From an uncultured Actinomycetes bacterium (GTDB lineage: Bacteria; Actinomycetota; Coriobacteriia; Anaerosomatales; PHET01), in contig CAVYQS010000012.1 in NCBI GenBank assembly GCA_963770765.1, forward strand, positions 254,173 through 318,172: a stretch of DNA of 64,000 nt, in the 5' to 3' direction. Under the pieces are notes generated by a model, which had not been told where the DNA came from, made no database searches, and saw only the letters and a list, made by a program, of their open reading frames with translations. The translations under genes were made by a program, and so were the position numbers. The stretch's first letter is position 1, and every line of letters starts with the position of its first letter. This document shows positions 26,501 to 35,077 of the stretch, piece by piece.

Positions 26501-27712
26501 TTACCTGCTCCTCTTCGCAGCATCGGGCGTGCCGGAGACGCTCTGGGAATCGACACCGACCTCATCTTCGCAGGCGGCAGCGGAGTCGGTTTCGTCACAC
26601 TGCGCGGTGCGGAACAACGCCCCATCCTCGCTCGCAAGCGAACGGTCGGTTCTGCGTTCGTAGTAGTACACGAACAGACCCTTGACGGTGGCGGCGACGG
26701 GAATCGCGAGGATCATGCCCGCGAGGCCGAACAGCGCGCCACCGACGAGCAGCGAGAATACCACGAGGATCGGATGGAGGTCGACCTGCTCTGACATCAC
26801 ACGGGGCGTGATCAGCAGGTCGGTCACCTGCTGCGCGGCGATCACCACGCCTATCGCGAGAAGCCCGATCAGGGGGCTCACGAAGAACCCCACGACCCCT
26901 GCCAGCAGTCCGGAGAAGAACGGACCGATGTAGGGCACCCAGTTGAGGATGAACACGGTGATCGCCAGGACGAGCGCGTACGGGACCCCCAGAATGGCGA
27001 GTCCTATTCCCGCAAGCGCACCTGTGACGAACGATACGATCAACTGCCCCTTGAGGTACCCGCCGACCACGTGCACCACCGTGCCGAGCAGGTTCTCGAG
27101 GTCCGCTTCGTACTTCTCACCAGCGAGCGTCGCCAGTTCCTCTCGGATCTTGGGCAGGTCCTTGAGCGTCCAGAAGGCCACGACCAATGCGAGAAACAGA
27201 TTGAAGACCGATGTCGCCAGTCCCGACCCGGCGCTCAGGATCCCTTCGGCCATCCCGCGGCCCAGTCGAACGATGATCTCGGAGAGTGACTGCACCACGG
27301 ACTCGACGGTCGCACGCAGCCACTCGGGGACGACCAGATCGCTGAAGCGCGTCTGGAGGCTCAGGGCAAGGGACTCGCCTTCCTGAACGTACCGTGACAC
27401 CGTGTCCGCGAAGTCGACGATCTGTCTGCCCACGGGCGGCAGCAAGAACACGGCAACGATCGAGAACAGGATGAAGCCCACGAAGAAGCAGGCGATGACC
27501 GCCCACGCCCGCGACAGCCCGCGGCGTTCGAGAGAGGCGACTGCGCCTTGCGACAGGAAGACGATCACGAACGCGATGAGAAACGGGATGAGGGCACCGG
27601 AAACCTGGCCCACAACGTAGCCGGCGACCGCCACCAGAATCAGAATCCCGATGATGGCCCAGACCGCGTTGGCGGTCGTGCGCCACCTCATCAGCCGCGA
27701 CTCAGGATTCAC
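26501..27712 (-). CDS. AI-2E family transporter (UPF0118/PerM)
   Basis: 403 aa with multiple TM segments and ...ILNWVPYIGPFFSGLLAG.... It has a cytoplasmic acidic tail. Confidence 0.85.
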   Translation of the reverse strand: MNPESRLMRWRTTANAVWAIIGILILVAVAGYVVGQVSGALIPFLIAFVIVFLSQGAVASLERRGLSRAWAVIACFFVGFILFSIVAVFLLPPVGRQIVDFADTVSRYVQEGESLALSLQTRFSDLVVPEWLRATVESVVQSLSEIIVRLGRGMAEGILSAGSGLATSVFNLFLALVVAFWTLKDLPKIREELATLAGEKYEADLENLLGTVVHVVGGYLKGQLIVSFVTGALAGIGLAILGVPYALVLAITVFILNWVPYIGPFFSGLLAGVVGFFVSPLIGLLAIGVVIAAQQVTDLLITPRVMSEQVDLHPILVVFSLLVGGALFGLAGMILAIPVAATVKGLFVYYYERRTDRSLASEDGALFRTAQCDETDSAAACEDEVGVDSQSVSGTPDAAKRSR

Positions 27713-27721
27713 TGCCGCACC

Positions 27722-28507
27722 CTACTCCCTGACGATGTTCTCTCGAAGTACCTTCAGCGTGCGGCGAAGTAGCCGCGATACCTGCATCTGGGAGATCTCG
27801 AGTTGCCTCGCGATCTCCGTCTGAGTGAGCCCCTCGAAGAACCTGAGATAGAGCACGCGCTGTTCTTGAGGAGTGAGGTGCTTGAATGCCGCCTGCAGCG
27901 TGGTGCGGTCGTCGACTGCGGCCATGAGCACGTCGTCTTTGCCGATGTACTCGAGGATGCTGAACGACTCAGAGCCGTCCCCGCCCCGATCGCTCTCCAG
28001 CGAAACGAAGTTGTAGGCCTCCGACGTCTCCATCGCCTCGAGCACCTCGTCGGGCGTGACCTCGAGGTACTCGGCGATCTCGGGGATACTCGGCGAGCGT
28101 TGGAGCCGCTGCGTGAGGGCGTCGACCGCCTGATTCACCTTGAAGGAGAGCTCCTGCAGGCGGCGAGGGACCTTGATCGCCCAGCCCTTGTCGCGGAAGT
28201 ACCGCTTGAGCTCGCCCGTGATGGTCGGAGTCGCGTACGTGGTGAACTCGACCTGTCGTTCGATATCGAACCGGTCGATGGCCTTGATCAATCCGATCGT
28301 ACCGACCTGCACGAGGTCGTCGATGGGCTCACCCCGATGACGAAAACGACTCGCCAGGTACTTCACGAGATTCAAGTACATCGTGATGAGCTCGTCTCTG
28401 GCCGCCTCGTCGTCCTCGAGCCGGTAGCGTCGAAAGAGCTCGCGCGTGTAGCGCTTGTCCCACGACAGCTTGCGAGTCTGCTTCTCTGGTCTGCGACTAG
28501 AGGGCAT
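27722..28507 (-). CDS. RNA polymerase sigma factor, SigB/SigF (group 3) type
   Basis: 261 aa with region 2 DDLVQVGTIGLIKAIDRFD...FTTYATPTITGELKRYFRD, region 3, and region 4 LTQTEIARQLEISQMQVSRLLRR. Confidence 0.9.
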   Translation of the reverse strand: MPSSRRPEKQTRKLSWDKRYTRELFRRYRLEDDEAARDELITMYLNLVKYLASRFRHRGEPIDDLVQVGTIGLIKAIDRFDIERQVEFTTYATPTITGELKRYFRDKGWAIKVPRRLQELSFKVNQAVDALTQRLQRSPSIPEIAEYLEVTPDEVLEAMETSEAYNFVSLESDRGGDGSESFSILEYIGKDDVLMAAVDDRTTLQAAFKHLTPQEQRVLYLRFFEGLTQTEIARQLEISQMQVSRLLRRTLKVLRENIVRE

Positions 28508-28895
28508 CGATGATCCCCGAGCGCTTCAGAAGACGCAGCGACGAGTGTCCCGCTTCGTCACTCACGAGTTCGAAGCTGTCGCACACCGACTCGAGGATGA
28601 ACGTGGCGTACGAGGCCCTGCGCTCGAACTCCTCGTCGCTCAGCTGGGTCTGATCGCCAAGCCGAACGGTGATCGCGATCCAGTCGTCCCCGAGTTCGAA
28701 CGTGAAGGAGATGGGTTGGCCTTCGCCCACGGTGTCAGACGCGTACACGAACGCCTCTTCGGCCGCGATGCGCACGTCATCGACCTCATCGTAGGCCATG
28801 CCCATGCGCCCCACTATCGATGCGGCGGTCATCCTGACGGTCTTGGCGTACTCTCCCCGAGCGGGGACGGTGAGCGTGATGATGTCGTTGGGCAT
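28497..28895 (-). CDS. Anti-sigma factor / serine kinase of the RsbW-SpoIIAB type (short form)
   Basis: 132 aa starting MPNDIITLTVPARGEYAKTVRMTAASIVGRMGMAYDEVDDVRIAAEEAF.... It overlaps the sigma gene by 11 nt. The C-terminal ATP lid appears reduced. Confidence 0.7.
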   Translation of the reverse strand: MPNDIITLTVPARGEYAKTVRMTAASIVGRMGMAYDEVDDVRIAAEEAFVYASDTVGEGQPISFTFELGDDWIAITVRLGDQTQLSDEEFERRASYATFILESVCDSFELVSDEAGHSSLRLLKRSGIIDAL

Positions 28896-29345
28896 TCAGT
28901 CCTCCGTCTGGTACTGCGGTTCCGGCCCCTGTGTGTCCGCGGATGATCGGTCTTCTGCCGATTCGACCGGCGGGAGCGCAGCAGCGGCCTCGGCCGTTCG
29001 CTTGCGGTCCTTCCACGCCCTGCGCACCCGATCCGCGACTTCCGAGACGATCTCGGCCGGGGCGTTGACTATCTCGGACAGGGTCCCGGACGCCTGTGAG
29101 ACCTTGGTGCCCGCATCCTCGAACTGCGTGATGATGGCATCGATCCTGAGTAGCTCGGCGTTCACCGCATCGACCGTCACGTCCGCCTTGTCGAGCAGCG
29201 GTATGAGGCGGGTGCTGGTCTCACCGATCGACGCCCTCGCCTCGCGCGCGGTGCGAGCGAGCTCGATCGCTGCCCACACACCGACACAACACAGGGTCGT
29301 CGCCGCGACAAGGGCAATGACGACTAGTACGCTGACGGGTTCCAC
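28896..29345 (-). CDS. DUF948-like membrane-anchored coiled-coil protein
   Basis: The ORF 28896..29846 is trimmed to the GTG at 29345, which follows GGAGGG. It has a TM helix (VSVLVVIALVAATTLCCVGVWAAI) and then a helical region. The upstream part of the track ORF overlaps rarA and is shadow. Confidence 0.55.
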   Translation of the reverse strand: MEPVSVLVVIALVAATTLCCVGVWAAIELARTAREARASIGETSTRLIPLLDKADVTVDAVNAELLRIDAIITQFEDAGTKVSQASGTLSEIVNAPAEIVSEVADRVRRAWKDRKRTAEAAAALPPVESAEDRSSADTQGPEPQYQTED

Positions 29346-29421
29346 AGACCCTCCATGGCAAGCGTGTGTGCCGACTGATTGTATCAGAGCAAGGGGTGGA
29401 AACGGGCGCCGTAACGGCACG

Positions 29422-30765
29422 TCAGGAGCGGTTCGGCTCATCCCCCGGCTGTCCGGGCGATCGCTCTCGCAGCCAAGCGGCACGCTGCGCCTCCCAGCCT
29501 CTGGAACTCGGTGTGAACAGGCTCCCGGCGTCCAGGCCCTCGGGCAGATACCGCTGTGCCGCGACAGCGTCGGGGTAGTCGTGGGGGTACAGGTACGGGC
29601 CGTAGTGCTCGGCGCCGGGCCGATGTCGGTCGCGAAGAGGCCGCGGCACGGCGCGGGCGGGACCGTTTCGCACCTCGGCCAGTGCAGCGTCGATGGCCAC
29701 GTACGAAGCGTTGCTCTTGGGAGCCAGCGACAGATACACAGCCGCCTGGGCGAGATTGATACGGCACTCCGGCCAGCCGATCGACTCGGCGGCCTTGAAG
29801 GCTGCGTGGGCGATGAGCAGTGCCCGGGGATCGGCGTTGCCCACATCCTCTGACGCGAGGATCATCATTCGCCGAGCGATGAACTTGGGGTCTTCGCCGC
29901 CATGGATCATGCGCGCGAGCCAGTACACGGCGGCGTCGGGGTCGCTGCCCCGCATCGACTTGATGAACGCGCTGGTCACGTCGTAGTGGATGTCGCCCTG
30001 CTTGTCGTAAGGGAGGATCCGCGAGGGCAACGCATCACGGACCTCGTCGACCGTGATCGCGTGAGTGCCCTCGTGCGGCACGTTCGTGCAGCTTGCGGCC
30101 GCGATCTCGAGCGTGTTGAGGGCCGTGCGAGCGTCACCGCCCGAGGTGAGCACGATCGCGGAGAGCGCCTCGGGAGTCAGTGACACCGTGCCGCCCAGCC
30201 CGCGCTCATCGATGACCGACGCCTCGACGATCCGCGCGACATGGGCGTCGGTCAGCGGCTCAAGCTCCACGACACGCGACCTGCTGACCAGCGGGGAGTT
30301 CACTTCGAAGAAGGGGTTCTCGGTGGTCGCGCCGATCAGGACGACCACGCGGTCCTCGACGGCGTGCAACAGCGCGTCTTGCTGCGACTTGCTGAACCGG
30401 TGGATCTCGTCGATGAAGAGTATCGTGCGCTGTCCCGAGAGCGAGAGTCTGTCGGATGCGGCCTCGATGGAGCGACGAATGTCCGCGACCCCCGAGGTGA
30501 CGGCGGATATCTCGTCGAAGTACGCCTTCGTGCGCGCCGCTATGATGCGCGCGAGGCTCGTCTTGCCCGTTCCTGCCGGCCCGAAGAGGATCACCGAGGA
30601 CAGGGCATCTGTCTCTATCGCCCGGCGAAGCCACGTGCCTTCCCCGACTGCGGCCTCTTGGCCCACGAACTCATCGAGATCACGCGGTCGAACGCGAACC
30701 GCCAGGGGGGCGACTTCAGCGCGAGCCTCTCTCGCGCCTTGGTCGAACAGGGACTCCATCGGCAC
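29422..30765 (-). CDS. rarA: Replication-associated recombination protein A (AAA+ ATPase)
   Basis: 447 aa with [36 protein letters not shown] and a MgsA C-terminal domain (HYDVTSAFIKSMRGSDPDAAVYWLARM). Confidence 0.9.
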   Translation of the reverse strand: MPMESLFDQGAREARAEVAPLAVRVRPRDLDEFVGQEAAVGEGTWLRRAIETDALSSVILFGPAGTGKTSLARIIAARTKAYFDEISAVTSGVADIRRSIEAASDRLSLSGQRTILFIDEIHRFSKSQQDALLHAVEDRVVVLIGATTENPFFEVNSPLVSRSRVVELEPLTDAHVARIVEASVIDERGLGGTVSLTPEALSAIVLTSGGDARTALNTLEIAAASCTNVPHEGTHAITVDEVRDALPSRILPYDKQGDIHYDVTSAFIKSMRGSDPDAAVYWLARMIHGGEDPKFIARRMMILASEDVGNADPRALLIAHAAFKAAESIGWPECRINLAQAAVYLSLAPKSNASYVAIDAALAEVRNGPARAVPRPLRDRHRPGAEHYGPYLYPHDYPDAVAAQRYLPEGLDAGSLFTPSSRGWEAQRAAWLRERSPGQPGDEPNRS

Positions 30766-31340
30766 TACTCAGCGGCCAGCTGCACCTGGGGTTCGAGCAT
30801 CTCGGCGTCGATGTAGCCGCTGTGCCGGTAGATGACGTATCCCTGTGAATCGACGACGACGACGTAGGGGGTGAACCCGACCCCGAGGTCCGAAGCGAGC
30901 GCCACGGTGGCGGCACCGGCGGCGTCATCCTTCAAAGCCTCCTCGTCGACCTCGACCACACCCTCCGAGTCGACGGTCGCATACTGACCGAGATTGTATG
31001 CATACAGATCGACGAGTTCGCTGTTGTCCTTCATGACCTGATCGATCTGCTGGCGCACGTCGTTGGTGGTCTTCTGGGTTTCGTCGAAGAAGAAGAGCAC
31101 GAAAGGTTGGTTGTCGGCGAGAGCCTCGGTGATCGCCGGAGGCGTCTGTTCGCCGACGGGAAACGGCTCGAAGACAGCACCCTCGGGAGCGGCCGTCGTG
31201 CTCGCCGCAGTCGACGCCGGGTCTGCCGGCGTTGTGACACCTGCATCGGGCACAGGAGCGGGCTCGGGCTCGTCTCCCCCGCAACCGGTCAGCGCGACAG
31301 CGAGCAGTGCTCCGAGCAGTACGACGACGAACCTGCGCAT
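30765..31340 (-). CDS. Lipoprotein, thioredoxin-like fold without CxxC (tentative)
   Basis: 191 aa. The signal peptide MRRFVVVLLGALLAVALTG|C carries a lipobox. A P/A/T-rich linker is followed by ...PFVLFFFDETQ.... Confidence 0.65.
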   Translation of the reverse strand: MRRFVVVLLGALLAVALTGCGGDEPEPAPVPDAGVTTPADPASTAASTTAAPEGAVFEPFPVGEQTPPAITEALADNQPFVLFFFDETQKTTNDVRQQIDQVMKDNSELVDLYAYNLGQYATVDSEGVVEVDEEALKDDAAGAATVALASDLGVGFTPYVVVVDSQGYVIYRHSGYIDAEMLEPQVQLAAE

Positions 31341-31593
31341 GCTGATGCCTCCCGAGTGTTCCCGTATATGCCTCGCCCTGCCGCGGCCCGGCAGGTGAAC
31401 CTGCCTCAGCAGGTGGGTGTCCGCACCGTGGGTTCCAGCTTCCCTGCGAGAGGGATACCTGTCCGCCTAGGTATATGGGACTCCCGGTAAAGAAGTGTTG
31501 GTTCGACCGTCAAGGCCGAGCCACTGGCAAGGCGAAGCCTGCTTTCAGTGTAGCGCGCCGCACGCAAAGGCAACAACCGCACAGTCCAAACAG

Positions 31594-31638
31594 CGGCCCG
31601 AGTCACCACCGCTGAACAGGCGGTGGTGACTCGGGCCG
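31594..31638 (-). terminator. Intrinsic-type terminator hairpin downstream of aspS
   Basis: CGGCCCGAGTCACCACCGC-tgaacag-GCGGTGGTGACTCGGGCCG forms a 19-bp perfect stem, 29 nt after the aspS stop. On the minus strand it is followed by CTGTTTGG. Confidence 0.65.
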
Positions 31639-31666
31639 TGTCGAATCCATGCCTGCAGAGCAGATG

Positions 31667-33436
31667 TCAGTCAGTCCGAAGATGAACGTCCTTGAGCTGG
31701 CGCGGTGACACGACGTCGGGCGACTGAGTCATCGGATCGCCGCCGGAGGATGTCTTGGGAAACGCGATCACGTCTCGGATCGACTGGGCGCCGGCGAGAA
31801 GCATGATGAGCCGATCGAGGCCCAGCGCGATGCCACCGTGCGGTGGAGCGCCGAAGGCGAGCGCCTCGAGAAGGAATCCGAACTGACGTGCAGCTTCTGC
31901 CTCTGTGTGGCCGAGCCGCTTGAGGACGCGCATCTGCAACTCGGGGTCGTGGATACGCAGGGTGCCTCCGCCGATCTCGAGTCCATTCATCACAAGGTCG
32001 TAGGCGTAGCTCAACACCGCTCCGGGATCGGTGTCCACGAGCGGCTCGTGCTCGACGAACGGCAGCGTGAACGGATGATGATTAGCCGCCCACCGCTCCT
32101 CCTCCTCGTCGTACTTGAACAGCGGGAAGTCCACGACCCACAGCGTATCGAAGCCATGACGCTCGATTCCGAGCTCGTCGGCGAGCTTGAGGCGCAGCAC
32201 TCCCAGCACCTCGTTGGCGAGCGCGCGCTTGTCGGCGACCATACAGACGAGGTCGCCTGGCTCCGCCGCGAAGACCTCGCGGAGCGACGCCATCTCGGCC
32301 TCAGTGAAGAACTTCGCCACCGGCGACTTGATCTCACCGGCGGTCGTGAACGCGACCCACGCAAGACCCTTGGCGCCAGCGTCGATCGCGGCCTGATTGA
32401 GAGCGTCGATCTTGCCGCGACTCCAGTCGCCGACGCCCTTCGCGTTGATGCCCTTGATCGCCCCGCCGCTTGCGAGGGCTCCCGCGAAGACCTTGAACTC
32501 GCTGTCCGAGAAGACCGCCGAAGCATCGACCAGTTCCAGACCGAAGCGCGTATCGGGGCGATCGGAGCCGTAGCGCTCCATCGCCTCGGTCCAGGTGATC
32601 CGCCTGAGCGGGACCGGCAGGTCATGCCCGGCCTCGTGCATGACCTCGCGCATGACCTCTTCCATCATCGTCATGACGTCATCGGCCTCGACGAAACTCA
32701 TCTCGATGTCGACCTGGGTGAACTCCGGCTGGCGATCCGCCCGCAGGTCCTCGTCGCGGAAGCATCGCGCGATCTGGTAGTAGCGCTCGATCCCCCCGAC
32801 CATGAGCATCTGCTTGAACAGCTGGGGCGATTGGGGCAGTGCGTAGAACTTGCCGGCGTTCATGCGGCTCGGCACGATGAAGTCCCGCGCGCCCTCGGGC
32901 GTCGACTTCGTGAGGATCGGCGTCTCGACCTCCATGAAACCGCGATGCTCGAGCGACTTACGGAAGCGCTGCGTCACTCGATCGCGCAGCTGGAGTGCGG
33001 CGAACACCTCGGGACGGCGGATATCGAGATAGCGCCATTTGAGACGCGTGAGCTCATCGGTGTCGATTCCGGCCTCGATCTCGAACGGCGGCGTCTCGGC
33101 CTTGTTCAGAACCGTCGCGGAGGTCACGACGATCTCGATCTGCCCCGTGGGCATGTTGGGGTTCTCGGTGCCCTCGGGTCGGAGCCGGACGGTGCCGTCG
33201 AGCAGGACGACCCATTCCGGGCGCACCTGCTCGGCGGTGACGAACGCCGCACCGGACGCCTCAGGGTCGAACGTGCACTGGACGATCCCGCTCCGGTCGC
33301 GTAGGTCGAGGAAGATGAGCCCGCCGTGATCGCGGCGCTTGCCAACCCATCCGGCAAGCCGTACGACCTCACCGACCGACGCGGCGCTGAGCGAGCCTGC
33401 GGTATGCGAACGCATCGAGTAGCGTGCATCGAACAT
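31667..33436 (-). CDS. aspS: Aspartate--tRNA ligase
   Basis: 589 aa with an OB-fold N-terminus, class II motifs FRDEDLRADRQPEF and ...GGIALGLDRL, and the bacterial insertion domain. Confidence 0.97.
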   Translation of the reverse strand: MFDARYSMRSHTAGSLSAASVGEVVRLAGWVGKRRDHGGLIFLDLRDRSGIVQCTFDPEASGAAFVTAEQVRPEWVVLLDGTVRLRPEGTENPNMPTGQIEIVVTSATVLNKAETPPFEIEAGIDTDELTRLKWRYLDIRRPEVFAALQLRDRVTQRFRKSLEHRGFMEVETPILTKSTPEGARDFIVPSRMNAGKFYALPQSPQLFKQMLMVGGIERYYQIARCFRDEDLRADRQPEFTQVDIEMSFVEADDVMTMMEEVMREVMHEAGHDLPVPLRRITWTEAMERYGSDRPDTRFGLELVDASAVFSDSEFKVFAGALASGGAIKGINAKGVGDWSRGKIDALNQAAIDAGAKGLAWVAFTTAGEIKSPVAKFFTEAEMASLREVFAAEPGDLVCMVADKRALANEVLGVLRLKLADELGIERHGFDTLWVVDFPLFKYDEEEERWAANHHPFTLPFVEHEPLVDTDPGAVLSYAYDLVMNGLEIGGGTLRIHDPELQMRVLKRLGHTEAEAARQFGFLLEALAFGAPPHGGIALGLDRLIMLLAGAQSIRDVIAFPKTSSGGDPMTQSPDVVSPRQLKDVHLRTD

Positions 33437-33486
33437 GGTGGACCTTTCCGTTTCGCTGACGCGGCGCAGGCGCCGCCATTCGTGGC

Positions 33487-34758
33487 CTATCCGAGGGCGA
33501 GAGCCATCGACTGCGGTAGCTCTTCGATGCTCACCCGTCTCTCTTCTTTCGTTCCCATGTCGCGCACGGTGACCTGCCCGCCCGCGATCTCATCGGGGCC
33601 TACGACCACCACGAACCGAGCGCCCAGCCGATCGGCCTGCTTGAACTGCGACTTGAGGCTTCTGGCCTGATGGTCCATCTCGGCGGCGATCCCGGCGTCT
33701 CGCAGTGCGGCCGCGATCAGGAACGTCTCGCGTGCCACCGCCGCATCGACCCGGGCGACGAATACCTGCGCGCGAGGCGGAGCGGGAACGACTGCCCCGG
33801 TCGCCCGCATGGCCAGAAGCGTGCGCTCGAAGCCGAGTGCGAAGCCCAGGCCGGGAGTCGGCGCGCCACCATACTGCTCCATCAGGCGGTCATAGCGACC
33901 GCCGCCACCGATCGCGTTTTGAGATCCCAGGCCCGCATCGGCCTGGACTTCGAAGACGGTGCGTGTGTAGTAGTCGAGGCCGCGAACCAATTTGGGGTCC
34001 TCGATGTAGGGGATTCCCAGCTCGTCGAGAAGGAGCTTCACCGCCGAGTAGTGAGCGGCGCAGTCGTCACAGAGCTCGTCCCGAAGAAGAGGAGCGTCTG
34101 CCATGACGCGCTGGCACTCAGGGTTCTTGCAGTCGAAGGCCCGCAGCGGATTCGTTTCCGCACGGCGGTTGCACTCATCGCATAGCTCGGTGTCGTGCGA
34201 GCCGATGAACGCGGCCACCCTGTCTCGGTAGGCCGGCCTGCACTGCTCGTCACCCATGGAGTTGACCAGCATCCGCATGTTGCTCGCCGGAATGCCGACT
34301 GCCTCGAAGAACCTCCACAGCAACGCGATGACTTCAGCGTCACAGCCGGGCTCTGGCATATTCAGCGCCTCTGCGCCTATCTGCCAGAACTGCCGCATTC
34401 GACCCTTCTGCGGACGCTCGTAGCGGAACATGGGCCCGGAGTAGTAGAGCTTGGAGCCCTGGCCGTTGGCGGTGAGATTGTGCTCGAGTGCCGAGCGAAC
34501 CACGCTCGCAGTACCCTCAGGACGCAAGGTGATCGAGCGGCCGCCCTTGTCCTCGAAGGTGTACATCTCCTTCGAGACGATGTCGGTCGCCTCACCGATG
34601 CCGCGCGTGAAGACCTCCGTGTGCTCGAACAACGGGGTGTAGATCGGCTCGTAGCCGTATCGGGCGAAGAGCTCCTGGGCGGTGCGCTGCAGATACTCCC
34701 AAGCGCGTCCTACGTCGGGGAGCATGTCTGAGGTGCCTTTGGGGGCGCGTGCGTTCAT
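33487..34758 (-). CDS. hisS: Histidine--tRNA ligase
   Basis: The ORF 33487..34848 is trimmed to the ATG at 34758 (MNARAPKGTSDMLP...). It has FRYERPQKGRMRQFWQ, GGGGRYD and a C-terminal anticodon-binding domain. Confidence 0.95.
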   Translation of the reverse strand: MNARAPKGTSDMLPDVGRAWEYLQRTAQELFARYGYEPIYTPLFEHTEVFTRGIGEATDIVSKEMYTFEDKGGRSITLRPEGTASVVRSALEHNLTANGQGSKLYYSGPMFRYERPQKGRMRQFWQIGAEALNMPEPGCDAEVIALLWRFFEAVGIPASNMRMLVNSMGDEQCRPAYRDRVAAFIGSHDTELCDECNRRAETNPLRAFDCKNPECQRVMADAPLLRDELCDDCAAHYSAVKLLLDELGIPYIEDPKLVRGLDYYTRTVFEVQADAGLGSQNAIGGGGRYDRLMEQYGGAPTPGLGFALGFERTLLAMRATGAVVPAPPRAQVFVARVDAAVARETFLIAAALRDAGIAAEMDHQARSLKSQFKQADRLGARFVVVVGPDEIAGGQVTVRDMGTKEERRVSIEELPQSMALALG

Positions 34759-35077
34759 ACCGTGCGACTCCATGGTCAGGGAGGATTCGAGCGAGTCCAT
34801 ACTGTAGCGCAAAAGTGGCCCAGCGAACCGCGGATGAGGAAACACCAAGGTGGCTTTCGGTGATCCGTGACGAAGGGAGCCTGACGGCCCTCACAGCGTG
34901 GGCCGCCTCCACATCTGGCGATCAGTCTACGACCGGAGTAGCGGGAGTCAGAACGACGGCAATGGCCAGTGGCGCACGGGTCGGCGACCTCCTCGTCAGT
35001 CTCGCTCGAGTCTCACCCGCGCAAGTTGCGAACGGAGAGTGGGCGAGGGCTGCGTAGCCACATGCCTGCACCCACGT

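Noticed and set aside
31400-31560. Possible cobalamin riboswitch (GCCACTG 'B12-box'-like string on the + strand) or tRNA (GGTTCGA T-loop-like string at ~31500).
   Set aside because: The other conserved cobalamin elements are not recognisable and no + strand gene follows. No acceptor, anticodon or T-arm pairing could be built around the GGTTCGA string.
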